From the IMG/VR virus record IMGVR_UViG_3300037706_000057, positions 1 to 53,369 of that record: 53,369 nucleotides of DNA; one strand, written 5' to 3'. Below, in pieces: positions 36,825 to 45,774 of this stretch. Numbering within the stretch: position 1 is the first letter of the stretch; each line of letters begins with the position of its first letter. This stretch comes from a virus. Lineage: Duplodnaviria; Caudoviricetes. The translations under genes were made by a program, and so were the position numbers. The notes under the pieces were generated by a model. The model had not been told where the DNA came from. It searched no databases and saw only the letters and a list, made by a program, of their open reading frames with translations.

Positions 36825-37015
36825 GTGCGTCCCTCCTCCCGGTCGGACGTGACATGAAACCCGTCGCACCAGCCGCACCGGTAGTCCCGCGCCCACCGGC
36901 CACGCGCCCACAGCTCCAGCACGCGGGCGTTGGCGGCGAGCATGCTGGCGTGGTGCCGTTTCCGGTCGCACGCACGGTGCCGCTGCCAGTCGGCGTACGT
37001 GGTCGGGCCGCTCAC
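36821..37015 (-). CDS. Small Zn-binding protein
   Basis: C..KR..., YRCGWCDGFHVT. Confidence 0.65.
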   Translation of the reverse strand: MSGPTTYADWQRHRACDRKRHHASMLAANARVLELWARGRWARDYRCGWCDGFHVTSDREEGRT

Positions 37016-37173
37016 CGCGCACCCCTCCGCCGCTCCAGCTCGGCCTGCCAGTCCCATGTCTGCTCGGTACGGTCGGCCAGGTGCGCCCGGGCCACGGCCA
37101 CGGCGATCCGCCGTTGCATGGCGGCGCGGCGTTCCCGGGCGGTCCGACGCGGATGGGGCAGGTGCAGGTTCAT
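37012..37173 (-). CDS. Small basic hypothetical protein
   Basis: Coupled ORF. Confidence 0.5.
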   Translation of the reverse strand: MNLHLPHPRRTARERRAAMQRRIAVAVARAHLADRTEQTWDWQAELERRRGAR

Positions 37174-37457
37174 CGCCCACCGCCCTGGTACCGCTCGGCT
37201 TGCAGGTCCCGAAGGTTGCCGGTCCGTTCGGCTGCGAGCTCGGCGGCGATGACGGCCAGCTTGTCCGCCGGCCGGTCGTCGGGCTGCTGCGGTATGAAGC
37301 CCGGTATGAAATCGGCGGCCCGGTCGGACTCGGGCCGGCAGCCGCAGCAGCACGCCTCCGCCTGGCAGTGCCAGCCAGCGACGGACACGCACGCCCCGAC
37401 GGCGCAGTCGGTGCACACCGGCTTACCGGAGTCGGGGTCCGCCACGTAGTCGGACAT
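37170..37457 (-). CDS. Cys-rich hypothetical protein
   Basis: AAGGAGG SD, CTDC...CCCGC. Confidence 0.6.
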   Translation of the reverse strand: MSDYVADPDSGKPVCTDCAVGACVSVAGWHCQAEACCCGCRPESDRAADFIPGFIPQQPDDRPADKLAVIAAELAAERTGNLRDLQAERYQGGGR

Positions 37458-37990
37458 CAGCCCTCCTTGACATCGGGCCACGCCACGGCCTGCAGCGCGG
37501 CGCGGTGTGCAGCGGGCATGGGCACGAGCGGGTGGCCGAGGTGGTCGGCGCCCATGGCGGCGAGCACGAGCGCGTCGGCCTGGTCGTTGCCGGTCACCTC
37601 GACGGCGGGGAACCGCCTGACGACCGCGGCGAGCACCTGGTCCTTGCCGGCGTTGCCTTTGCCGGTGGCGTACCGCTTGAGGGTGCCGGGGATGACCTGC
37701 GCCCAGGGGATGCCGGCGGCGTCGATCGCCTCGACGACCAGGTGCCAGAGCCCGGCGCGGGTGAGGTGCTGACCGGTCTGGCTGCTAAACGCCAGCCCCT
37801 CGACCATCACCAGGTCGGCGTGGCGGGTGTAGTCCATGACCGCGCCGCGGATCCAGCGGAGCCTGGCCAGCTGGGCGGGTTCGGTGCTGGACTCGGTGCG
37901 GATCCGCGCGACCCAGCCGCCGCCGGCGTTACCAGCTACGCCGGAGCTGGCCAGGCTCAGGTCCAGCCCGATGACACGCGGCTCACCCAT
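37457..37990 (-). CDS. ruvC: RuvC-like Holliday junction resolvase
   Basis: IGLDLSLASSG, VMVEG, KRYATGKGNAGK, DQADAL. Confidence 0.9.
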   Translation of the reverse strand: MGEPRVIGLDLSLASSGVAGNAGGGWVARIRTESSTEPAQLARLRWIRGAVMDYTRHADLVMVEGLAFSSQTGQHLTRAGLWHLVVEAIDAAGIPWAQVIPGTLKRYATGKGNAGKDQVLAAVVRRFPAVEVTGNDQADALVLAAMGADHLGHPLVPMPAAHRAALQAVAWPDVKEG

Positions 37991-38990
37991 CGGTGCTCCC
38001 GCTTCCGGGCTCGGCGGTGGCCGGCCAGTCGGCCAGCGGCGGCTCCTCGGTCTCGGCCGGCTCCGGCGCGTCCAACGCGTCGATGACCTGGCCCACCTCC
38101 GCCTTGCTCAGGTCCTTGGTGGACTCCACCGGCCGGCCGACCACCCCGGCGATGTAGACCAGCGCGGTGTCCTTGTCCTCCCGCCCGGACTGGCGCAGCA
38201 TCGCGTACATCTTCTTGGTCTGGCCCGTGACCGGCGCCGGCTTGTCCGGCTCGGCCACCGCCGGCTCCTCGTCCAGCGGCGGTTCCTCGGCCGACATCTC
38301 CTGCACCGGTGGCAGCGCCCGCCGGGTCCGCCGCGGCGACACTGTCCGGGTCGCCGGGCCGACCTCCGCCGTGGCCTGAATCGTGTCCTGGATCTCCTCA
38401 ACGCTGGCGATCCCGAGCAGCACCTCGGGCGCGGTCCGCTTGCACGCCCGACCGGCAGCGCGGGCGTACAGCATGTCCTGCGGCGTCTTCACGTACGCCT
38501 GGTTAGATGTCCAGCCGGCTTTCTTTGCCTGGTCCATGGTGATGATGACCCGCTCGACGTGAGTCTCACCCCGGCGCCGGCCGCAGACGACCGCGCGGGA
38601 GTCGGACAGGTCCTCCGTCCACACCTCGTGACCGGCCGCCTTCACCAGCGCCACCATCGCCTCGGCGTACATGCCGGGCCGGCCGTGGATGACGTAGATC
38701 TGCTGTAGCGCGGTCAGCGGGTCCAGCCCGAGCGTGATCCCTTGCAGCACGGCAGCGGTGGCGTTGGCCACGGCGATGTTGCGGGCGGTGGCCTTCTCCT
38801 CCGGGGTGGCGCGGGGGTCGACCTTGGGACGGTAGGCGTCGGGGACGAACGGTGTTTCGACCAGCGGGCTCACGAGCGTGTGGGCTTGCTGGGCGGCGGT
38901 GACCCACTGGCCGAGCCGGGCGAGCGCGTCGTTGCCGTTGTGTAGGGCGACGGCGGCGTTGGTGTCTATGCGGGCGATGTCGGTGGTCAT
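37983..38990 (-). CDS. RecT-like single-strand annealing protein
   Basis: GITLGLDPLTALQQIYVIHGRP...AKKAGW...PQDMLYARA...APEVLLG, near the exonuclease. Confidence 0.75.
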   Translation of the reverse strand: MTTDIARIDTNAAVALHNGNDALARLGQWVTAAQQAHTLVSPLVETPFVPDAYRPKVDPRATPEEKATARNIAVANATAAVLQGITLGLDPLTALQQIYVIHGRPGMYAEAMVALVKAAGHEVWTEDLSDSRAVVCGRRRGETHVERVIITMDQAKKAGWTSNQAYVKTPQDMLYARAAGRACKRTAPEVLLGIASVEEIQDTIQATAEVGPATRTVSPRRTRRALPPVQEMSAEEPPLDEEPAVAEPDKPAPVTGQTKKMYAMLRQSGREDKDTALVYIAGVVGRPVESTKDLSKAEVGQVIDALDAPEPAETEEPPLADWPATAEPGSGSTDG

Positions 38991-39361
38991 CACATGTCCT
39001 CGGGGTCTAGCGGCGGGTCCTCGATGGCGCCGGGCTCGGCGCCGTCGCCGAGCCGGTCGTGGGCGTCCTTCCATGTGACGCTCAGGTCGTTGTCGGCGGC
39101 GGCGATCAGCTGCTCCAGGTACGCACGGCGCTGAGCGCACCGCAGACGGAGACGGATCTCCGTGGCGTTCAGCTTGAAGCCTCCGGCCTGAGCCGCTGCG
39201 ATCTGTTCGTCGGCGACGTGGGGCCGGAGCTGGCTGCTGCCCGGGTTAAAGGCTTCCGGGTCGCGCAGCAGCCGCAGCCCCCACATCCACCGCTCCCGGA
39301 TGCCGCCCTTGTCGGCGGCGGCGATCGCCTTCTCCTGCCTGACGTACTGCGTGGTCCTCAC
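38990..39361 (-). CDS. Hypothetical protein
   Basis: Coupled on both sides. Confidence 0.6.
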   Translation of the reverse strand: MRTTQYVRQEKAIAAADKGGIRERWMWGLRLLRDPEAFNPGSSQLRPHVADEQIAAAQAGGFKLNATEIRLRLRCAQRRAYLEQLIAAADNDLSVTWKDAHDRLGDGAEPGAIEDPPLDPEDM

Positions 39362-40161
39362 TGCTGCTCCCTGGTGAGTCGGAACGTAGACATGGTGGGC
39401 GGGACGATCGCCGGGCCGATCAGCTCGCGCGAGCGGGCAACGAACTGACCGACCCTGGCTGCGTAGAGGAAGTCCTTGTGTTCCTGCTCGCCGGCCTCGA
39501 TCGGAACCAGGTCGTACCCATCGGCCCGAACGTGGATGCCATAGCAGGCTTCGACCGGCTCGGGGTCGACCTCCTGACCATCAACGACCCACTTGTCGGC
39601 GAACCTGTAGGCCGCTATCTGGAGGGCCGTCTCACCGAACACGCCGGAGCGCGACGTCTTGAGGTCGTCCAACGTCAGCACCCGACCGCGTTCCGGCAGC
39701 GTCAGCCAGGCGCACAGGTCGGCGGTGCCGGCATACCCCCACCGGTACGACACGCACGAGAACTCGACGTGCACCGGCTCGACCTTGAACTCGTCCAAGA
39801 ATTTCGCGTAAGCCTCGACGTGGCCGGCGATCTCATCGGGCACCTGGACGGCCTCGCCGGCAAGCAGCTTCTCCGCCGCCGCGTGCACCTGTGTGCCACG
39901 ATTCTTAGCCCGGTCGGTCTCGCCGTACCGGGCACCCTGCAACCGCTTGAGCCGGGCGGCCGGGCCGAGCGTGGCGAGGTCCTCCCACTGGTCTATCGCC
40001 GCTTCGGCGGTGGCGTTGGCAGCCCAGTTGATGAGCGCCGGCTTCGGTACGCCGTCACCGATGATGGTGGTAACGCCGGGGACGCGTTCACCGCGGGCGT
40101 CCTTGTAGTGGTGGCCCTTGGCGGTGTCCACGCGCCGGATCGGTGCGGTGTAGCGACTCAT
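39358..40161 (-). CDS. PD-(D/E)xK recombination exonuclease
   Basis: PGVTTI, RGTQVH, YAGTAD, DDLKTS, LQIAAY. Confidence 0.88.
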   Translation of the reverse strand: MSRYTAPIRRVDTAKGHHYKDARGERVPGVTTIIGDGVPKPALINWAANATAEAAIDQWEDLATLGPAARLKRLQGARYGETDRAKNRGTQVHAAAEKLLAGEAVQVPDEIAGHVEAYAKFLDEFKVEPVHVEFSCVSYRWGYAGTADLCAWLTLPERGRVLTLDDLKTSRSGVFGETALQIAAYRFADKWVVDGQEVDPEPVEACYGIHVRADGYDLVPIEAGEQEHKDFLYAARVGQFVARSRELIGPAIVPPTMSTFRLTREQQ

Positions 40162-40355
40162 GGCCGGCCCCGGGTGGACAGTGCGATGACCGCGCCCCGC
40201 CACGCCCGGGCGTGGCGCAGGTGCAGCTGGCGGCCGGTGTTGCACGCCGGGTGGGGGCCGCGGGTGATGTCGGGCGGGTCGGAGCAGACGGGGCAATCGT
40301 CGGTGTGCCGCGTGCATGCGGCGGCGGCGAGGGCGAGTACCGCGGTGGCGCTCAC
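40158..40355 (-). CDS. Small Cys/His protein
   Basis: GTGA/ATGA coupling, HTDDCPVC...C. Confidence 0.55.
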   Translation of the reverse strand: MSATAVLALAAAACTRHTDDCPVCSDPPDITRGPHPACNTGRQLHLRHARAWRGAVIALSTRGRP

Positions 40356-40780
40356 CACACACCGTCCTTCGGCGCCAGCTCATGCACGAGAAACGCCTCC
40401 CACGTGTCGTACTGCTCAACGGCCGGATGGCAGTGGAACACGTTCTCCCGCTGGCCGACGATGACCAGCCGCTTCCCGGTGGCCAGTGCGTATCCGAACT
40501 CGACGTGCCGACCGCCTTTGCCGCCGGCACCGGTGAATGAGACGACCACCTCGGCGGCGCCGATGTCAGTCAGGTCGTCCGCGCCGTAGCGCCACGACCG
40601 GGCCGGGGCGCCGGTCAGCTCGGCGGGTGTGAGGGACTGGTCCAGCGGCCCGTCGTGGCAGTCGATCCACCGTGATGTGACTTTTGCGGTCGGCATGGCG
40701 GCGGCCAGCTCGTCCCGGTGGTCGCGTAGCTGACGGTGTGAGCTGTACCGGCCGGCGAAGTAGTACGTGGTCTCGCTCAT
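40352..40780 (-). CDS. Nucleoside 2-deoxyribosyltransferase-like protein
   Basis: YFAG, DLTDIGAAEVVV, GGRHVEFGYALATGK. Confidence 0.8.
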   Translation of the reverse strand: MSETTYYFAGRYSSHRQLRDHRDELAAAMPTAKVTSRWIDCHDGPLDQSLTPAELTGAPARSWRYGADDLTDIGAAEVVVSFTGAGGKGGRHVEFGYALATGKRLVIVGQRENVFHCHPAVEQYDTWEAFLVHELAPKDGVW

Positions 40781-41364
40781 GGCAGCCTCCACGTGCGGGC
40801 GTGGCCGGCGAGCTGGACTGGCCGGCCGAGCCGGTGCGCCCACCACGCCGGGTCGAGCTGCACCGCCACCCGGCGGTTGTCGAGCCTGACCCGCCGCCAG
40901 TAGGCGGGGATCCGTACGGCCATGCTGTGCCGGCCGGGTGCGGGTAGCGGGTGGCCGGCGGCGTAGGCGGCCGGCCGCTGGTGCTGGTCGGCTTCGCAGT
41001 CGCGGCCCTCCCACCAAGGCCTGCAGCGGGTGGAGCCGCAGCTGGGGTTTGGGCACCGGTCGTCGGCCGGTCGGGTTGAGCGCCACGGCGGCAGCTCGAC
41101 CGCCGGCGGGGTGTCGTAGTTGAGCAGCGCCGCGGCGGTGGCTAATTCTCGCTGGTCGGCGCGGGCGGCAGACCGCCACGCCCAGCCGGCTACTGCCCAC
41201 CGGGCCACGCGTAGGGGGCTGAGGATCAGGGTCAGGGTGGGGCGCCACGCCCGGACCGCTGGGGCGTGGGTGGCGTGCTCGGCGACGCGGCCGCGGGCGC
41301 CGGACCACAGCCACAGCGCGGCGATTGTCGCGGTGGCCAGCATGACGATCAGCTTCTGGACCAT
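40777..41364 (-). CDS. Hypothetical protein with N-terminal TM
   Basis: GAAAGGA SD. Confidence 0.55.
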   Translation of the reverse strand: MVQKLIVMLATATIAALWLWSGARGRVAEHATHAPAVRAWRPTLTLILSPLRVARWAVAGWAWRSAARADQRELATAAALLNYDTPPAVELPPWRSTRPADDRCPNPSCGSTRCRPWWEGRDCEADQHQRPAAYAAGHPLPAPGRHSMAVRIPAYWRRVRLDNRRVAVQLDPAWWAHRLGRPVQLAGHARTWRLP

Positions 41365-41600
41365 GAGCGTGTCCTTTCTTCGTTGGCCTCGCGAGTAACC
41401 CGCGCGGCGAATCGGCGGACGTGCCAGGTGGACAGCAGCGCCAGGGCGGCGATGATCGCGAGGTACACCGCGAGGGCGCCCCAGATGCCGAGCTGCTGGA
41501 GTGCCACCAAGACGGCGGCTCCGGCTCCAGTGCCGGCGCTGAACCAGCGCCAGACCATCCGGTCCAGCTGCCGTTCGAACCAGGTCAGCTTCATGCGCAT
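41349..41600 (-). CDS. Small membrane protein
   Basis: GGAGG SD, two TM segments. Confidence 0.6.
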   Translation of the reverse strand: MRMKLTWFERQLDRMVWRWFSAGTGAGAAVLVALQQLGIWGALAVYLAIIAALALLSTWHVRRFAARVTREANEERTRSWSRS

Positions 41601-42124
41601 GCCTCCGATGTGGTGGTTGCGGCGGCGCGTTCCTTCCGCTCCCGGCGGTTGCGGGCGCGCCGGGCGCGGTACAGCGACTCGGCCATCTGACAGGCCGCGT
41701 CGACCGGCTCGCCACGCTTGCGGTGGCCACGCGCGCCGGTGGTTGTGCCGCAGTTGCTACGCCGCAACGACTCGTGGTGGCACTCGTGGCTGCAGAACCG
41801 TTGGTCGGCGCGGCGGGGTGAGAACAGGCGGGGGCACTGCTCACACAGCCGCATCTTCGTGCTGAGTTTCTCCCGCAGTTGCCCGCCCCACACCCCGTGT
41901 GTGGCGTGCTGGTCGTCGGCGTCCTGGCGGCACTGCTCCGTGACGGGGCAGCGGGCGCACACTGCCACCGCCTGGTCCACCTGGGCCTGAGCCGCAGCGG
42001 TCAGCTTCTCGCCTGGCAAAAAGAACAGCTCAGGATCCTCATCGCGGCACGCGGCACGCTTCCGCCAGTCTGCGGCGGGTTCGCTGCTGAGCAGGGTGGT
42101 GGCGTGCCGGTCACGTAGTTGCAT
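41591..42124 (-). CDS. whiB: WhiB-family transcription factor with extra Zn-finger domains
   Basis: WRKRAAC...PELFF...CARCPVTEQC...GVWGG, then CEQC...FCSHEC and CGT...H...C. Confidence 0.92.
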   Translation of the reverse strand: MQLRDRHATTLLSSEPAADWRKRAACRDEDPELFFLPGEKLTAAAQAQVDQAVAVCARCPVTEQCRQDADDQHATHGVWGGQLREKLSTKMRLCEQCPRLFSPRRADQRFCSHECHHESLRRSNCGTTTGARGHRKRGEPVDAACQMAESLYRARRARNRRERKERAAATTTSEACA

Positions 42125-42458
42125 GGGTCACCGCCCCGTTGGCTTCGATCTCGGCGTCGAGCTGCTGGAGCTCGGCGGCGAGCCGGGCGCGTGCCTGCTC
42201 CCGCGTCTCCGCGCTGAGCGAGCACATGACCGTGACCACCGGGGCTTTGGTGATCGGGCTGGATGCGGACAGGTAGCGGCCGGGGTGCCGCCGCTCGGTG
42301 GGCTCGGGCAGGCCGAGCGCGGTGGCGAGCCGGGCCACGGCGGCGGTGTCGTCCGATGCGCAGTGGAGGGTCACCGTGGCGTCGTCGACGCCGCCCAGGT
42401 GGCGTACGGCGGCGGTGACGGCGGCGAGCCGGCAGGCGATGTCGGTGCTGGTGGTCAT
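42111..42458 (-). CDS. Hypothetical protein
   Basis: AGAGAGGA SD. Confidence 0.6.
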   Translation of the reverse strand: MTTSTDIACRLAAVTAAVRHLGGVDDATVTLHCASDDTAAVARLATALGLPEPTERRHPGRYLSASSPITKAPVVTVMCSLSAETREQARARLAAELQQLDAEIEANGAVTHATT

Positions 42459-42892
42459 CGTGGTCCTCTCTGGTGAGTGCCGGGCGGCGCGGCGGCGTCG
42501 GTCGCAGGCACCGCGCCACCCGGCGGGTCCAGGTAGCGCCACTCGATCCGGGTGACCTCGGTGTCAGGCATCACGCCCATCTGGTCGCAAAACCAGGTCA
42601 CCCATTGGTTCGGGGAGGGCGCAGTGACGGCTGGCCAGAAGTGGTCATGGGGCACTGCCTCGCGCACGATGTCTTCCTCGGTGATGGTGTCCAGCCGTTC
42701 CCGGCGAACCGACACCACCTCAACCTCGGCCAGCCGCACCAGCGGCTCACCGGCGCGGCGGCCCATGACCTTGCGGCACAGGGTCAGCCGGTCGCCTGGT
42801 TTGAGGTTGAGCCAGCCGAGTCGGCGGGTGACGGTTTTGGTCCTGCCGACCACCTGGGGCTCGGTGAGCGCGACGGACATGAGCCGGCTCAT
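42455..42892 (-). CDS. ASCH-domain protein
   Basis: KTVTRRLGW..LKPGD...VVSVRRERLDTITEED...RIEW. Confidence 0.8.
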   Translation of the reverse strand: MSRLMSVALTEPQVVGRTKTVTRRLGWLNLKPGDRLTLCRKVMGRRAGEPLVRLAEVEVVSVRRERLDTITEEDIVREAVPHDHFWPAVTAPSPNQWVTWFCDQMGVMPDTEVTRIEWRYLDPPGGAVPATDAAAPPGTHQRGPR

Positions 42893-42909
42893 GGCGCACC
42901 TCGCACGGG
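42888..42909. repeat. 22-bp direct repeat bounding the yhhQ-dpdA cassette (copy at 44185-44206)
   Basis: CTCATGGCGCACCTCGCACGGG identical at both sites. Confidence 0.9.
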
Positions 42910-43671
42910 CGCAGCCGCGAACAGGTCCAGCTGCGCCGGCGCGGCCAGTCTGTCGAGCACCCCGCTGCGCCACTGCCGCGCCCACTCCGGGCAGTTGGCC
43001 TCCCACGCGACGATCCCGTGGGGGCAGCGCCCAACCCGCCGCCGGGCGCCATACGAGCCGGCCATCGAGTCAGCCGAGGCGAGCAGATGGCCGTAGGACC
43101 GGAGCCCGTCAGCCTTGACCCCGAACCCGTGCAGCGGCAGCCCCCGCCTGGCCAGTTCCCATACGATGGCGCCGATCTCGGCCGTGGCCTGCCGCCGGCA
43201 CACCGTGCCCAGCCCGACCAGCGGCTCCACGGTCAGGTCGACTCCGGCGCGGTCGTATTCGTCCAGGTGGCGGAGGTAGTCGCCCAGCTGCCACCCTTGC
43301 AGCACCGGGATGATGGGCAGGTCCGGCGCGAGCGCCCGCAGCTCCAGCAGGTTGTCCGTGGTCCGCCGCTGGTGCTCGGCCACGCTAAGCCCGGTCTTGG
43401 CGACGATCCACGGCTCACACATGTGGTCTTGAGGGCTGACCCACTCCAGCCGGCCGATCTCGTCCTGGTACCGGCGGACCGCGGCAACGTATTCGGCCGG
43501 GCTGATCGTCCACCGGCCGTGTGTGCTCAGTTCGGTGAAGCCGCCGGAGTCGCACACCCACGGCGCGGTCGCCCGCGGCAGGGTGACCCGCCGGCGTAGC
43601 CGGCGGTGGGAGACCATCAGCGGCAGCCCGAGCGGCAGCCAGTGCACGTCAGCACCGAGCCAGAAGCGCAT
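42889..43671 (-). CDS. dpdA: DpdA-like 7-deazaguanine DNA transglycosylase (TGT fold)
   Basis: DSGGF, PQDHMCEP, PVLQG, GLGTVCRR, LHGFG, ADSMA. Confidence 0.85.
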   Translation of the reverse strand: MRFWLGADVHWLPLGLPLMVSHRRLRRRVTLPRATAPWVCDSGGFTELSTHGRWTISPAEYVAAVRRYQDEIGRLEWVSPQDHMCEPWIVAKTGLSVAEHQRRTTDNLLELRALAPDLPIIPVLQGWQLGDYLRHLDEYDRAGVDLTVEPLVGLGTVCRRQATAEIGAIVWELARRGLPLHGFGVKADGLRSYGHLLASADSMAGSYGARRRVGRCPHGIVAWEANCPEWARQWRSGVLDRLAAPAQLDLFAAAPVRGAP

Positions 43672-44189
43672 CAGGTCACCGCCTGCCGGACCCGGCGCGG
43701 CCAGCGGACCGCGGCCAGCAGCGCGACCGCGGCGAGGGTGACCCACACCTTGCCGATCACCTGGCCGGGCAGGAACGCGAGCGAGCCGAACGCCAGCAGG
43801 AGGAAGATCACCGAATCGGCGACCAGCCCGACCACGTTGGACGCCAGCACGGCGGCGTACCAGCGCCGGCGACGCAACGGTGAGTAGACGGCCATGTCCG
43901 CCAGCTCGCTCACCCCGAACGCCACGGCGGAGGCGACCACCAGAGCCGGTGGAGCCACCAGCGCCGAGCACCCTGCCCCGGCGGCGATCGCGGCGAGTAC
44001 CGCCCACCGGCCGCCGAACTCGTGCAGCAGGTCGCGCAGGGTGAAGGCGAGCCCGGCGAAGTAGACCCCGGCCGGGGCCAGCAGCCCGAACCCGACCGGT
44101 ACCGCGCCGAACTGGACGATCGCCCAGTTGGCGGCGAACACCGTTGCGACGAAGCCGAGCGTGGCCAGCATCGCGGTGGCGTGTCTCAT
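43671..44189 (-). CDS. yhhQ: VUT/YhhQ-family queuosine precursor transporter
   Basis: Multi-TM with AANW, FTLRDLL, ASAVAF.VSELAD, SNVVG..DSVIFL..AFG. Confidence 0.88.
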   Translation of the reverse strand: MRHATAMLATLGFVATVFAANWAIVQFGAVPVGFGLLAPAGVYFAGLAFTLRDLLHEFGGRWAVLAAIAAGAGCSALVAPPALVVASAVAFGVSELADMAVYSPLRRRRWYAAVLASNVVGLVADSVIFLLLAFGSLAFLPGQVIGKVWVTLAAVALLAAVRWPRRVRQAVT

Positions 44190-45103
44190 GGCGCACCTCG
44201 CACGGGTGCCCGGCCGGTCCGGTCCGGGTAGTCGCGTACCCGCAGCTCCGGCGGGAAGGCCTCGATGTCGTGGTGGTCCCGCCCCCAGCGGGAGCCCAGC
44301 TGCTTCACGAACACGGGCACCCCGGCGTTCTGGCACTGCTGGACCAGCGAGCGTGCCCAGTCCAGCTCCATCGGCCTCGCGCCGGGGCCGGACTCGCCGC
44401 CCACGATCAGCCAGTCGATACCGGCCAGGTCCAGGGATGGCAGTCCGCCCAGCAGCGGCTCGGCGGAGATGAACCGGACCGCTGCCGGCGTCTCGCGCAG
44501 CCGCTCGGCGCGGCGACAGTGCCCGTCGTCCTCGATCGACGTCCCGACCCACACGTTCGGCAGCGGCCACCCGGATCGGTGGTAAAGACCAGGCTCCAGG
44601 CCCGGCACGTACGTCGGGCTGTGCGGCGTAGCGGCCCACTCCATCTCGGACCGGAAGTGCTCACCGGGCGGGTGCTGAGAGCCGCAGCGGCATTCGTCGG
44701 TGAGCATCCGCGCCAGCCGCTCCGGCCGCTTCGTGAGGATCTGGTAGGTGTGCTGCGGCGTCGCGGCCATCACCGCGAACACCCGGGCCACGAACTCGCG
44801 CGGCACGCGGGCGTGCCCCAGGTCGCTCATGCTGTTGACGAACACGGTGCGTGGCTTCCGCCACCGCAGCGGCTCCGGCAAGGTGCCCGGGTGAAGTGCC
44901 AGTCCGAACCCCGGCCCGGAGGTGCGCGGGTCGCCGTCCGTCTGGTACTTCGGTGAGCCCATCGCCTTTAGCCGCTTCGCCAGCGTGAGCGCATAGCAGT
45001 TGTCGCACCCTGACGAGATCCGGTCACATCCGGTCGTGGGGTTCCACGTCTCGCCCTTCGTTCCTGGACGGTGCGTCCACTCGATAGCGGTGCCGTCAGC
45101 CAT
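44186..45103 (-). CDS. Gp37/Gp68 (DUF5131) radical-SAM-like protein
   Basis: IEWT...WNPTTGCDRISSGCDNCYA, FVNSMSDL, LTKRPER, SAEPLLG, GGESG. Confidence 0.92.
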   Translation of the reverse strand: MADGTAIEWTHRPGTKGETWNPTTGCDRISSGCDNCYALTLAKRLKAMGSPKYQTDGDPRTSGPGFGLALHPGTLPEPLRWRKPRTVFVNSMSDLGHARVPREFVARVFAVMAATPQHTYQILTKRPERLARMLTDECRCGSQHPPGEHFRSEMEWAATPHSPTYVPGLEPGLYHRSGWPLPNVWVGTSIEDDGHCRRAERLRETPAAVRFISAEPLLGGLPSLDLAGIDWLIVGGESGPGARPMELDWARSLVQQCQNAGVPVFVKQLGSRWGRDHHDIEAFPPELRVRDYPDRTGRAPVRGAP

Positions 45104-45545
45104 GGGACACCCCCATCCGCACGGGCGCCCGGCCGGTCCGGTAGGCCACGTGGGCATGGCGGGCGGGTAGCTGGGTGCCGCCGGCGCGGTGACGGCCGGC
45201 GGCGGGCAACCGGAGACCCGCCGCCGGCCGCCCGGCCCGCCCGGCTACAACCCGGGCGGGAGTGTGGGCGGCGCCCGCCGCCGCGCACCCCGTGACGGGG
45301 GCGGGCGCCGCGGCCCCGGCTGCTACCGCGTGCCAGCGGGAGCCGGGGCGTCCACCCGCCGGCAGGGGGCGCCGGAGCGGGCGGAGCAGGGTGGTGGTGG
45401 CGTACACGGCGCCGAGTAGCGGCAGCGGCCCGGCGGCGATCAGCAGCGCCAGCCCGGCGGCCACGCCGGCGAGGATCGCGGCGGTGGCCAGGGTGGTGGC
45501 GGTGGCGGGGTTGGTGACCCACACGGCCACGTGGCGGCGGATCAC
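45096..45545 (-). CDS. Membrane hypothetical protein
   Basis: Hydrophobic N-terminal half, coupled ORF. Confidence 0.5.
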   Translation of the reverse strand: MIRRHVAVWVTNPATATTLATAAILAGVAAGLALLIAAGPLPLLGAVYATTTLLRPLRRPLPAGGRPGSRWHAVAAGAAAPAPVTGCAAAGAAHTPARVVAGRAGRPAAGLRLPAAGRHRAGGTQLPARHAHVAYRTGRAPVRMGVSHG

Positions 45546-45772
45546 GACGCACCGGACTCACCGGTGGCACAGGCCCAGTGGACCTCTACCGCCACCGCGT
45601 TGTACGGCAGCCAGGCGGCGGCCTTACGCCGCGCCTCCGGGTCGTCGCCGGGGCCGAGCATGACCAGTGCCGTGAAGTCGCCGGCGACGAACGGGGTACT
45701 GCACGCCGGGCATGGGCGTCCGACGCCCGGGTGGGCTGGGCTCTTGGGGCCGAACTTGCGGCTGGTGGCCAT
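45542..45772 (-). CDS. Small Zn-ribbon protein
   Basis: CPAC...HWAC. Confidence 0.65.
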   Translation of the reverse strand: MATSRKFGPKSPAHPGVGRPCPACSTPFVAGDFTALVMLGPGDDPEARRKAAAWLPYNAVAVEVHWACATGESGAS

Positions 45773-45774
45773 GA

